From Okamejei kenojei (Eukaryota), in contig CM069148.1 of NCBI GenBank assembly GCA_035221665.1, positions 40,052,001-40,116,000 on the forward strand: a DNA stretch of 64,000 bases. The letters run 5' to 3'. Position 1 is the first letter of the stretch. Each line of letters starts with the position of its first letter. A program made the position numbers and the translations under genes. Below the pieces are notes generated by a model, which had not been told where the DNA came from, made no database searches, and saw only the letters and a program-made list of their open reading frames with translations. Shown here piece by piece: positions 52,146-64,000 of this stretch.

Positions 52146-53177
52146 CCGTATTTCTCGGCAATGAAGACGCTATTATTTACTCTAAAATAAGGCCCAAACA
52201 TTATCCTGCGTCTTGGAGGCCGAAGGTTAGATTGTTAGCCAAGAAAGATAGACTTGACTATCCCTCAGTACAGCGGCTGTAAAAGGACAGCACCACTGGT
52301 GGGGGGATAGAGTTCCTTCCACAGCGTGTGGGGAGTCTGGCCCGGGTCAGCACGGCTGGGCTGCCAGGGGTAAAGTTGTGGGGAGGGCAGGTGCGTTGAG
52401 AAGGAGGGGTTCGGGGATCATATCTGCAACTCTCTCAGTAGCCCGGGTAGCTGTGAACGGCTGCTGGGACCGGACAGCGGAACTGCAGCTAGACCCAGGG
52501 CTCGCAGTCGACCTTAGAATTGCAGCTAGTCCCGGGGCTCGCAGGCGACTTGGGGACTGCAGCTTGTCCCGGCGCTCTCAAAGCGACTTGGGAACTTCAG
52601 CTCGTCCCGGGGCTCGCAGGTGACCTGGACGCTGCAGCCAGTCCCGGGGCTCGCAGGCGACCTGGGAGCTACTGCCAGTCCCGGGGCAGGCGACCTGGGC
52701 GCTACAGTCAGTCCCAGGGCAGGCGACCTGGGAACTGCAACTAGTCCCGGGGTTCGCAGGCGACCTGGGAGCTACAGCTAGTCCCGGCCCTTGCAGGCGG
52801 CCTGGGCGCGACAGCTAGTCCCGGGGACGCGAAGGATCTGGGTACTGCAGCCAGTCCCGGGGCATGCAGGCGATCTGGAAATTGCAAAAAACTAATTGAA
52901 AAACACCTGAAAACTGTATTATTAGTATTTATTATTACTAATTTATGTATTATTAGAATGTATTATTACTAATTTAGTTAGTATGTATTATTACCTCCAT
53001 TTATTAACTATGGCGATAGATGTGTCCCGCCATCCACTCACAAGCATGGGTCCTGGCCCCTATGCAAAAAAGGTTGCCGACCCCTGGACTAAACCAATGC
53101 TTTGATCCTGTCCCGCCAGCCTATTTTCAAAATTTAGCAACTCAAAATGAGGGTGCGTCTTCATTGCTGGGAAATAT
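52146..53177. mobile_element. pogo/Tc-mariner-superfamily non-autonomous element (copy 2)
   Basis: TA|ccgtatttctcggcaatgaagacgc ... gcgtcttcattgctgggaaata. Both ends are shared with 48090-51708. Confidence 0.8.
52480..52885. repeat. GC-rich minisatellite, unit ~38 bp, ~11 copies
   Basis: Tandem units like ctgcagctagtcccggggctcgcaggcgacctgggaa, some shortened; no unique spacers. Confidence 0.9.
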
Positions 53178-53243
53178 ATGAGAAAGCAGCGTTTTAAAAA
53201 AAAAATGTTTTGGATAAAATGCAAGTTAGTTTTTTAAACGTAC

Positions 53244-53323
53244 CTCTGGTTCAAAAATTGCTCCACTATACACTGGATTTGCCGTTGTTCGTCGTTTTCT
53301 TTCTTGCCTCTTGCTTTGGATTT
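53244..53323 (-). CDS. PHF21A: PHF21A exon (basic/NLS-like region)
   Basis: ttacaCAG|...|GTacg, phase 1-0. Encodes (E)[26 protein letters not shown]. Confidence 0.94.
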
Positions 53324-54716
53324 CTGTGTAATATCAAAAATAGTATGCTACATTGCACGCATCTACTCCCAAACATATCTGCAAGTTAAATAATTTTATA
53401 TTTTGTCCTCACTCCTGAATTCCACACTTCACACACTTTCTCTGATCTTGTTTTTACAATATGTTCAGCCATAATTATAGAATGTGGAGTAGATTTCTGA
53501 AACTATAAAAGATATCCTTGGTCCTACTTCTTATGTTCAAATGAACTGAATCCATGAAGCTTCAACATGCCCTCAAATACATTTAGTTATGTGATGACGG
53601 CAGGTACAACTCTATACCACAATGAGCTATGCTGCACACATCAAGTACACTAAATCCCTGCCCTTTGATTTCCATCAGGAGAATCACTCACATGACCCAT
53701 CCTCAGCATTCAGTCTCAGTTCACTCTTTGTAATAAGACCAATTGTGTCTGTTTTTTCTTCCTGCTGAGAGTGCACTTGTGGACCTAGAACATTTCTTCC
53801 AGCACTTTCTCTCCAAAACCAAAGCTTTGAAAATTCAAAGCTTTTTCTTTTAAGAGAAATCCAAAGAATTGCAATTTCTACTAGTTCTTTTCCATATAAT
53901 TTTCCCCAAAATAGAGGATCAGTGCAACAAAAAATCTCAATTTTACATCCAAAGGTAATTCAACACACCTTGTTTCTGCATATTTTTTCTTGTAGTTTAA
54001 TATTAAAAAAACCTCCAAGGGCGCAGCCCCGAACACAAAACTGCCTATACCCAGACTGAAAAGGCATCATTGTAAATAGCTAATAAATGAGTAATGATAC
54101 GCTGCCTGACCCGCTGAGTTTTTGTGCCTATCTTCTGTGTAAATCAGCATAGCAGTTCCTACACAAATAAGTGCATCAGCTGGTCTTCATGAGGGCTCTC
54201 AAAACCTTATTTTAGACACAATTAAACTCATCATGAATATACATGTTTTAATTTACTCAGAAAATGACGATGGTATTAATATATAACTATACAAAATCAC
54301 TTAAAGGCATTTTCAATTATTTAATGTTACTTGCAGATATTTTTGAACAACATACTTTAAATAAAATGTTTACAATTTGTGAATAATACATTTTAAAGTG
54401 CAGTAATCTAGCCGCATGTTACAAAGTATATTTCTTAGAATTAATTTTGCAGACACACCACAAAAGTCACATTAAAAAACACCTAAATCTGATTGCGCTG
54501 GTCCATGGCAGATTTTGCTGTAGACATAAGAAAAATAGGCTTGAATGGAAAGTTAAGGAAAAAAACTGCATCTCAAAACCAGCTCAATTTTGAACTTGTT
54601 CATTTTTTGCTGTTTGCATCAAAACTGGCAACTGTACTCCAGTGATTTGTCCAATTTAATATGCTTAACTAACTGTAAATCCAAAAATCTTGTAAACCAA
54701 TCTGAGGGTGTTCTAT

Positions 54717-54842
54717 GTTTAAGAAGGAACTGCAGATGCTGGAAAATCGAAGGTAGACAAAAATGCTGGAGAAACTCCAGCATTGAGCGGGTGAGGCATC
54801 AAGCGGGTGAGGCAGCATCTATGGAGCGAAGGATATAGGCAA
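54717..54842 (-). mobile_element. Penelope-derived short insert
   Basis: gaaggaactgcagatgctgg...gcagcatctatggagcgaagg. 15-bp TSD ctgagggtgttctat at 54702-54716 and 54843-54857. Confidence 0.8.
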
Positions 54843-55158
54843 CTGAGGGTGTTCTATTATTACATATTGAACAGTTGTCCTTTAAAGCCATTAATAATAA
54901 TCAGCTTGGTTTACAAGATTGTTGTTGATAAGAGGCAATTAAATTCATGCCTCTATTATCACAACTTTTTTATCCAGACAGGGTAATTGGGTCCCATAAT
55001 TAAAGGAGGTAGATATGATTCACTGTAACCTATCCTCAAATAAAACGGCACCAGTTTAATGGCGTATAATTATTTCTGTAATGGGCAGGTTCAGATAAAT
55101 GGTATATACAAACAGAATTGCAAAAGCTACGGAAGGAAAGCAGCCAAAATATTCTTAC

Positions 55159-55210
55159 CTTCAAGGTGATCATGTGTAACCAATCCCAGAGAAACCATGA
55201 AAGCAACTTT
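55159..55210 (-). CDS. PHF21A: PHF21A exon (most 5' exon found in the window)
   Basis: ttataCAG|...|GTaaga, phase 0-1. Encodes KVAFMVSLGLVTHDHLE. Confidence 0.94.
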
Positions 55211-55853
55211 CTGTATAAATTGAAAAATATAATAGTGCCCAATTAAAGCGTATCATTGCTAAATGTCTATTGCTTAATGTCTCGTTAAATGTAATTTAGA
55301 ACTATTTGCTGCAGGTTCTGGAGGAGAACAGCGAGAAAAGTTTAAAATATTGACAAGTCCAGCAAAAATGCAGTTTATTTTGTATATGAATTCTAATTAT
55401 GATCTCACTCCTCATTTTGCCCAAATTTTAACAAATAAATTACTCACAGTAAAGATCAACCACATTTATATTAATCTCCTTACTCTACATTCTCTTTTAT
55501 TATTTACTGTAACCCAAGGACAATGAAACAAACACTGGTTCAGTTAGTATTTTATAATAGATCACAGCATCCAAACTGGTCCCATACTAAAACTGTTGGC
55601 AATTTTCCTGACTCCACCCTACACATTTCACTTGAAGAAACGGCTCCACTATGAGGTTCTGCAATTGCACGTATCCTTTTCAGAAAATTAAAATGCGTAG
55701 GAGGTTAGTTTAAGATACTACAATCAAATATTTTAACTTGATGATGATCAAGTGGATGACGAGCCATTGATCTTGGAAAATTACTTCTATTGAAACACCG
55801 TAGGAAAAATCACCTACTTAGCCATATATTTTTCTTAACGAATTTAGTTATAA

Positions 55854-56364
55854 AGGGGCTGTCCCACTTGGACGACCAAATTTGCGAGTTTAGAAGAGTT
55901 TAGGAGCGTTTGTAAAAAATGTCATGTTGAAGACCTCCTTCGACTATGTAGAACACCTCATTCGATCTCCTTCGACTATGTTGAAGACTAGCTACGACTA
56001 ACTTCGGGAGAATTGGACACAGAATAGTGGAGAGTGAAGACGACCTCCTTCGATCTCCCTTCGACAATGATGAAGACTATCTACGACTACCTTCGACTAA
56101 CATGCCGACCTACTACGACTACACCTACGAGTAAAAAAAGTAGATTTTTTCTATGGCGAACTTTTTTTACTCACGGGCATTTTTCAACATGTTGAAAAAT
56201 ACGCCACAACCTTGCTGAGGCCTCGAGTACACGGAGACTACTATCGAGCATGAAGGAGAGTTACAAAGACCTCCTAGGACCCCGTGAAGATCATGCTGCG
56301 AGTATGAGTCGAGGGCAAACTCGCCAGAACTCGCAGATTAGGTCGCCCATGTGGGTCAGCCCCT
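55854..56364. mobile_element. PIF/Harbinger-type MITE
   Basis: TAA|aggggctgtcccacttggacgacc ... ggtcgcccatgtgggtcagcccct|TAA, with internal cttcgact repeats. Confidence 0.82.
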
Positions 56365-57033
56365 TAAGAGTCATGCAGCTGGAAACAGGCACTACAGCCC
56401 AACTCATCCGTGGTTGCCAAATGGCCAATGTAAGCAAGTTCCACAGAACCATGTTTGCCCCTTAAACCTCTAAAATGTTCCGATCCATGTACCTATTCAA
56501 TAGTCTTTTAGATGTTGCTATTGTACCTGCCTCAAAGACTTCCTCTGGCAGCTCATTCCGTACAGCCACCACTCTGTGTGAAAAAGCTGCCTCTCAGGTT
56601 CCTATTAAATCTACCTCTCACCATGCCCTCTAGTTCTTGATTTTCCTGTGCTGGGAAAATGACAGTGCATTCGCTCCATCTATTCCCCATGTGAATTTAT
56701 AGACCTATTAAATCACCCTTCAGCCTCTTGGGCTCTAAAGAATAAAGTCCTCGCCTGCCCAGCCACTCCCTATATGTAGCTCAGGCCATTGAGAGCTGGC
56801 AACATTATCATAAATTTTCTCTGCACTCTTTCTAGCCTAATGGAAACTCTCCAATAGCAGTGTGACCAAAATTGAACATAAGACGCCAAGTGCAGCCTCA
56901 TGAACGTCTTGTACAACTGTAACATCCCAACCTCTATACTTAATTCACTGACAGATGTGAGTCTGCATACCGAAAGCCTTCCTCACCACCCTATCTGCCT
57001 GTGACACCACTTTCAGGGAAGTATGCCCTAGAT

Positions 57034-60000
57034 CAGTGCTTCTTAAACTGGCAAATTAAAATATTTTGGGGTGAATTAAACTAGAGGGGTGAATGACTTA
57101 TTTTACTTCGGAGTCACGTGAGTGACTACGTGAAGAAGCCCCACCTGGCGCTTGATCGGCATTGCGTCGACGCTGATGGCAGAGCAAGAACTGCAAAGGC
57201 AGCTCCTCGACGGCGGTAGGTACGGGCCCGCAGGTAAGTACAGTTGAAATACTTACAGGGTATATCTAAACTCCGTGGCTGGTGTATAGAACCACCAGGA
57301 GTTAAAAAGAATTTAAAAGCAAAAAATAAATAAAAGTTAAAATGAAAAGCAAATACTCTGTGTAAGAAACAACGGAGTTTAAAAAAGCGTCCCAGGGGAA
57401 TACTCTGCGATCGGGACGGGAGATAAAGTACGGAGCCGGTTCCGATACTGGTGGCCGTTAAAATTACGTTAGGGAGACTTTTAGTCGCTCCACAAACTTT
57501 TGGCAAGGGGGAAAATTTAAAAAAGTCAGAAAGGCCATAATTTAAAAAGTTTAATAAAAAAGGCCTCCAGACTAAAAAAGCTTTATGGCTTAAAAATAAT
57601 GGAGAAAGACTCCAATAAATAAATAAATAAATAATTTAAAAAAAAAAATCAACCAAAAAGGGTTTAAAAGGCACAAAATATTCTCAAAAACAAACCCTAA
57701 GGGGTTTCATATATTAATATATATGATGGAATTTATCATTGTGGGAATTATTTACCTCGGATTGTTTGGAGGTAGTCTCCTTGACGAAAAACTCAGGAGT
57801 AACCAGGGCAGTAAAACAATATGGAAAAACTGACCCTAAAAGTGCATTGATAGTGGTGACTGGTCATAAGTACCCACCACAGCACAAATATATATATATA
57901 CACACACACACATATATACAGGTGTACTAGGTACAATACCTGAATGAAGGAGTGAGGCCATGGAAAGTAACCATGGAAACCAAAATTAATTGATCTCTCA
58001 CCAAAGCTGTTATGGTTGAAACAGCAGAATATTGATTAAACGTTTATGTTTTATAAAGATATCAACGGTGAATCCGTTTATGATACCCATGTCTCAATTA
58101 TATGAGACATAAGGAAATACGATTTCAAAGTATTTCAAGCTGGTGCATGGCATCACTACTTATGTAAAACAAATAAAACATTGTGCAATAACCAAAACAT
58201 TTAAAATAAAAAGATAAATTGCCATCAGTTTGTGGAGCTCAATGCGAAAAAATATATAATATTAATTTTAGTTATATATATGTAATTGTTATTGTGACCA
58301 ATTTTGCACTTTAGATTTGCAGGTCAATACAGATCAGGTTATGTTAAACCCCTGATTATTATGGAATAAACCTGCCTTATGATAAATCAAAGACATTGAT
58401 TACAAAAGAACAGACTATTGGTCTTTAAACTTTGGGAAAAAATTATGATACAATGTAAAGATTTGATAATGGGTCAAAACAAAGGCAGGAGTATGATAAA
58501 TAAATATTATCCAACACAGCCTTATGTGAACCCATATGATTGGGAAGAGAAGGCTTCATGTACATTTGAAGAGGTGCAAAAAACTTGTTACAGAAGAAGT
58601 TGATGAAATCTCCAATTGTGGGAGATTACAGGTGTGTTATGATAATTTATATAACATTACAAAGGACTACAAAAAATTGTAGAAGGAATTGGTTCACTTG
58701 TATAGGAAAACCTAAAAAATTGATTTTAGGTTTGTACCCAAAATATCTCCAATAAAGAAGGGGTACGTACATATATATTATAAATTTCCTCAGGGAAAAA
58801 GATGTGGTGGTAAAACCATACAAAACATCATTTTAAATACACTTTCACAGTGTAAAAACATTTTATTAAAATGGGCATCTTCAACATTGAAAAACAGTTG
58901 TTATTAACAAATTGTTAATCATATTACAGGTGCTTGAAATTAATTAGAATGGGTCAGCTGTGCAAGTTAAGACATTGTCTAAAGGATTAAATTCAGTTCT
59001 AGGCTGTTCACATAATACTGGAACAACAATTGTACTGATAAAAAGATCAGCACTTGCACTAGTGAGGACATGGTCATGGTTTATCTTGATCACATTTTAA
59101 ATTGGAAGGTTAATAAGGAGTCAGCTGCAAATTAGTGCTGCAATTACAAGCCTGTTGAGAGGTGAGGGTCCTGACCCATCCCATAAAACCTATGTTTTAG
59201 GCATTCATAAATATTCCTAAATTACTATTCTGGATTTAGGAGTAATTCAGCACCATAAGAGGGGGGAAAAATGTTTCCGAGATACAAATATGTCTCATTG
59301 CTTTGTTGACAGACTTTGTCCCTCCATCAGAGAAGGAGCTTAGGTAAAGAGTAAAAAAGCTCCAAAAGAGGGAAAACAGAAGCATTATAAGAGTATGTAT
59401 GCCTTTGTGACAGGCCTATGCAAATACCAAATGATACGTTATCAGAATTAAAGTAATGGATAGAAAAGGCCCACAAGCTGCTTTAAATATAAGCTTAGCA
59501 GCCGTTGCAAGCTGAAGCAAGTATTATCAGATGATGGATAGCTTCTGTGAATATTTGGGTTAAGATAAGAATAATATTTATTCTTATCAAGTTTAATTGA
59601 TACGTCCCTTGTTTGGGACTACGGACAATAACACCAGGTAATTGCAAATGGATTGTCCTAAGAAATTTCTCCAAACATTTGTATTAATATTGAAGTATCA
59701 GGAGTTTTATGGATTAAATGCCTATTGTTCTATTATGGAAGTGTGCATTTCATATCAGGTGAACAATACCATGGCTGTGGCATATACCAATCACATGAGA
59801 CAAATAAGATAATAATCAAGTGATTATCTGAGTAACCAGATGTGGCGTATTCTAAAAATGTTTTAGTCCAGCTGTTTATCTCTAAGGAAGAGACAATGTT
59901 GTCGCAGACAACAAATCAGGGGGAAAAAACATTGTCAGTAATATGGATTACTTACGATTAATCTGGTTGTATCCAGAGTAAATCACTGATCTTTCAAATG

Positions 60001-62202
60001 TTCTCGTGGGTAAACCAAGAACAGGAGAGGTGGATGCATTTCTCTCAATTACATGAGGAAAGATGTTCTTTTATGTTCCTCATTTTTTGTCTGATAGGGC
60101 AGTGTCTGATGAAAATGTAGCAGGACGCTGCCAGGGGCGCTTTGGTGGCCCAAACCGGACCTTCATGGTTCTCATTAATGTTGAGTGATATTGAACCACT
60201 TATGATGACTCATAGTTGCAGTCATTTATTGTTGTACAAAGGCATCCATGACATGAAAATATGAATTTGGCTATCTGCAGGTTTGACCAGACCATTATAA
60301 CAGTTTGACGGTCAAAGAAGTCTATGAATGTTTTAACTAATATAACAATATAACAATAAAATAATTATGTACAAAAGGAATGTTATACCTGCAATTTGGA
60401 AAAATAATTTTAAAAAACAATATTTTGTTTATAAGAAATTGGAAGTCTGTTGTAGACAGTAAAAGTTATTTATCATATTAGATATATGTGAGTTGCATTT
60501 TTTCTGAGTATCTAATTGATAGAGCCAATAATAGGGCTCATAGTGTTTATCGTCCTATTTAGGACAAGTTACTAACCAAGAAGTTATCGGGTTCATTCGT
60601 AATATCCCGATATGAAAAAAAGTATATATAAAGGATTATATATACTGTCCAAAGTTGCAATACAGAAGTTGGGAGATCAATATAGTCCTGAATTGCCTTA
60701 GGCAATGGACTCCAATTCTATCAATGATTCAAAAAATTAACATTGAAAGTAAAAATGCTCATGACTTTAGTATCAACATAAGAGTGTAAACATTGCAAAT
60801 ATTACATTATATAATTGCATGTGGCTACAGATTACATTATCATATATGTTTATGAATTTACCAAACAAAGCAGACCAAGAAGAGCTGAAACCAAGGTAAA
60901 CCATAAGCATATCCTGTCGGCCATAAATTGTGTGTGGGTCAACATTGATTCAATATGTTGAAGTAGGTAAGAGTCTCTGTGGTGGTGAGACAGCACTACT
61001 TATTACACACAAAAAAAACACATTAGGTATCAGTAAAAAACTGATGGTTCTAGAGAATTGTATTCTAGATGGTTAAAACATGTTTAGCACCCAGTGGAAC
61101 TAGACATTGAGATGTGGAAAATCACTCTATTAAGGAGGTAGATACATTCACAAGAATGGCACAGGATGGGCCGCTTGAGCAAAGATTCAAGGCCGCAGGA
61201 GGGTGTAAAATAAATATTAAAGTTAAAAGGAACCAGTCATGGTGTCAGGATTGGACACGGAGTGTTCGGTTCTCTATAATTGTTGCTTTGTTTATACTAT
61301 CAAATTATATTATTAATTGATATTTTGGTGATAAATTTGCCTTTCAATGGAAAGGGCATTACTTTCATTCTTTTATAATGGGAAACAATTTATCACATAA
61401 ACTGAGGCAATGTTTGGAGAAAAAATGTGTTATTTGCTCATTACTGTGTTGATTGAGCCAGATTGTCGTATGGAATGAGTCTACGACATAAAAAACACAG
61501 AAGCTACAAAATCTTCACGTAGTCACTCACGTGACTCCGAAGTAAAATAGTAAGATTAAATGAGAACTTACCAGTTCGAAGTTTGATCATTATTTTATGA
61601 GGAGTGACGATGAGGGATTACGTGCCCTCCACTCCCGACCCTCATAAAATAAATGATCATCTGGTAGTTCTAAATCTATGTTGAGCCTTACTATCTTACT
61701 CCGGCTATTGGTTCTGTATTTTTCATGCCGCTGCTTTGAAATATGCCGATCAAGCTCCAGGCGGGGCTTCTTCACGTAATCCCTCATCGTCACTCCTCAT
61801 AAAATAACGATCAAACTTCGAACTGGTAAGTTCTCGTTTAATCTTACTAATTTATTCAGATATTTATATATTTTTTTTCTATAGTTAAAAAAGGCATTGC
61901 TACTAAAGTGGTTAGTAAGCTCTTATTGGTTTTAATGACAGTGGAGCTGGAAATTTGTTTTTTTTTCTCTCTCTACCTATGGTTTCTTCACATATTTTTA
62001 GGATGTTCAAAAAGTTGAATAAAATAAACACTTAAGAAATGAATTAAATTATGTTTTTTGCTCATGTGACAAAGTAAATTATATATAAAATTAACCAAAG
62101 ACGAAAATTACCAAAAACATTAGAAAGTTTAGTCAAAGGTGAATGAAATTTTGTGATAAAGACTCAAGGGTGAATGACACTGAAATAGTTTAAGAAGCAC
62201 TG
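57034..62202. mobile_element. hAT (Charlie-like) MITE of ~0.42 kb carrying a nested DIRS element
   Basis: Perfect 16-bp TIRs cagtgcttcttaaact / agtttaagaagcactg and a perfect 8-bp TSD ccctagat (57026-57033, 62203-62210). Confidence 0.9.
57099..61849 (+). mobile_element. DIRS1-like tyrosine-recombinase retrotransposon, non-autonomous or degenerate
   Basis: Non-identical inverted termini (57099-57162 and 61743-61849). Internal complementary region 61512-61624 complements both ends, joined at a shared TA. No long TSD. Relics: RT VMVYLDHIL (~59072-59098), RNase H TDNNT (~59622), methyltransferase-like VDAF...LIGQCL...GALVA (~60030-60170), possible YR relic KAAG (~61190). Confidence 0.85.
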
Positions 62203-63704
62203 CCCTAGATCTCACTGATCTGCAACACTCCCCAAGACCCTGCTATCACTGTGAAAAGTCGTGCCCTGGTTTGATTTTCCAAAATGGAACTTTTATCTGA
62301 ATTAAACTGCACCAGCCATTCCTCCGCCTACTTGCCCAGCTGAGAAAGATCTTGTTGCAATTCTTGATAAATCTTCATTGGCTACAATACCACCTATTTT
62401 AGAGTTTTCTGCATTTTACCATACCACCTATTTTAGAGTTTCCTACCATTTTGCCAATTCTGTATCCACTTAGCTAGCTCCACATGAATACCATGCGATC
62501 TAACCATCCTGAACAGCTTACCATGCAGAATCGTATCAACGGCCGTGTTGAGGTCCACACAGACTATGTCTGCAACCCTGCCCTAAACAACTTTCTTGGT
62601 TACTTCTTCAAATGGCTCAATTATTCCCAAATTGATCTATAGCATTAGCAACCCTCCAGTCTTCCCACACCTCATTGGTCGAAAGATGAAATTAGTGTAT
62701 CTCAGCTAGAACGTTTGCAATTTCTTCTCTAGCTTCCCACAGTGTCCTTAGATCTATCTGAACAGGCCCAGGAGTTTTATGTACTTTCAGACATCTTAGG
62801 ACATTCAGCAACTTCTCAGCTGTAATTCAGACTGTCCTCAAGACATAGGCTTGAATATCCACCACCCTCTGTGTGAAAAAGCTTCTCCTCAGGTTCCTAT
62901 TACATATTTCCCCTCTCACCTTAAACTTATGCCCTCCAGTTCTTTAATTCCCCAGCCTGGAAAAAAGACTAATCATTCACTCTATCAATGCCTTCCATGA
63001 TTAAATTTCACAAGTTCCCAACATAGTACTATGTGCCATATCATTACAATAAAATCAATAAACAGTGAATAAAATTACACATTGCGATATCATTGCTATT
63101 TGTGGGAGTTTTTTGTTTCCAGACTATCTACCATATGTTACAAAATGTACATTCCAGAAATATTTTATTGACTCTAAAGTAATTGGTATGTTGTGAGGTT
63201 TTGACAAATGCAACAGAATACATTCTCTTTCTAATTAGCGAGAATGATCAATGTAACTGTTTAAAAATTAAGGATCACTAGTCATTTTGTCTTGAAAGCA
63301 CTACACAATTTTCTTAAGAGTGCTGATAACTGTTGTGCAACACTAAATACCATAAGCACAGGGAATTGGATGAAGATGGGAATCATCATGGGTGCTTGCA
63401 ACTTGTACTGAATGCACAATAAATAGTTCAAATTAAAGATTCCCAACATAGATTTTTAAATAATATTTTTCATCAGCGATTTCTAGGAGACAACCAACAT
63501 AGGAAAAATAATTTTGCTTCTGGGTAACTCTTGCCTAATTACTATTTAACTAATTCCTGAAAGGACATTTCATTTCACATTCCATATTTTCTGAAGATGC
63601 AGGAGGCCATTTGACCTATTAAACCTTCAACAGGTCACAGAGAAATTCCATTTCTCCTCCAATTTTCCCTCTAACGTAATCTTCCCACATTCTCATCCAC
63701 CAAT

Positions 63705-63885
63705 GCTAAGGGTAAATTACAGTAGCTGATTAGTTAATAAAGCAGTAGGCCTTTGGGATATGCGAGGATACTGCAGCTGTTGGAGTTGACCTATGCAGTC
63801 AGAAGGAGAGCATGCAATCTCCAGAGATAGCACAGGTGGCTGGAGTTGTGAGGCAGCAGCTCAACAAGAGTCACTGTACTGCCAG
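63705..63885 (-). mobile_element. Degraded V-SINE
   Basis: Similar to 20822-21025 (ctttgggatatgcgagga...gcatgcaatctcca...ctggagttgtgaggcagcagc). Confidence 0.55.
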
Positions 63886-64000
63886 TGCATTCTTAAGAAT
63901 GACAGACTTTAATGGATGGTGAAGTGCCCATCACAAGCTACCTAACTTTCCCGCCCAGCTTTGTAAGTTTTAATGCATTCCCACATCATCCAAGTCAATA

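Larger units (their letters stand above)
56370..62830 (-). mobile_element. Old CR1/L2-type LINE, split by the hAT MITE at 57034-62202
   Basis: The minus strand of 56850-56930 resembles LYKTFMRLHL..YVQFWS, and LINE-like sequence resumes after 62210. A further 3' fragment lies at ~62850-63000. Boundaries approximate. Confidence 0.7.

Noticed and set aside
52480-52885. CRISPR-like array
   Set aside because: Contiguous degenerate tandem units with no unique spacers, in a eukaryotic intron with no cas genes. It is a minisatellite.
57126-57506. 126-aa minus-strand ORF as a DIRS accessory gene
   Set aside because: Antisense over the left terminus and A-rich sequence, with low-complexity Phe-rich composition.

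Overview
Eukaryotic (vertebrate) genomic DNA. The repeat content (CR1 LINEs, HE1-like V-SINEs, abundant Penelope-derived hairpins) suggests a cartilaginous fish, probably a skate or ray; this is an inference. Two genes converge tail-to-tail. On +, the last three coding exons of an ARHGAP1-type RhoGAP (5205-8413) are followed by a long putative 3'UTR. On -, the 3' half of PHF21A/BHC80 runs from 55210 down to 32133, including the AT-hook exon, PHD finger and coiled coil. The PHF21A neuron-type 23-nt microexon (ANEDQWLK) lies only 44 nt from the AT-hook exon, and a further unexplained in-frame 108-nt exon candidate precedes the PHD exon. The introns hold two triple-nested transposon stacks. One is a pogo-like MITE > CR1 > hAT with an unusual 6-bp TSD. 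The other is CR1 > hAT MITE > a 4.75-kb DIRS1-like element with near-perfect termini and ICR but ruined ORFs. Also present are a Tc1 remnant, Harbinger MITEs, a Rex1/Babar-type LINE next to a splice acceptor, and many short Penelope-derived inserts with minimal hammerhead-ribozyme motifs and 13-15 bp TSDs. Most ORFs in the supplied track are spurious. All calls were made by eye without database searches.
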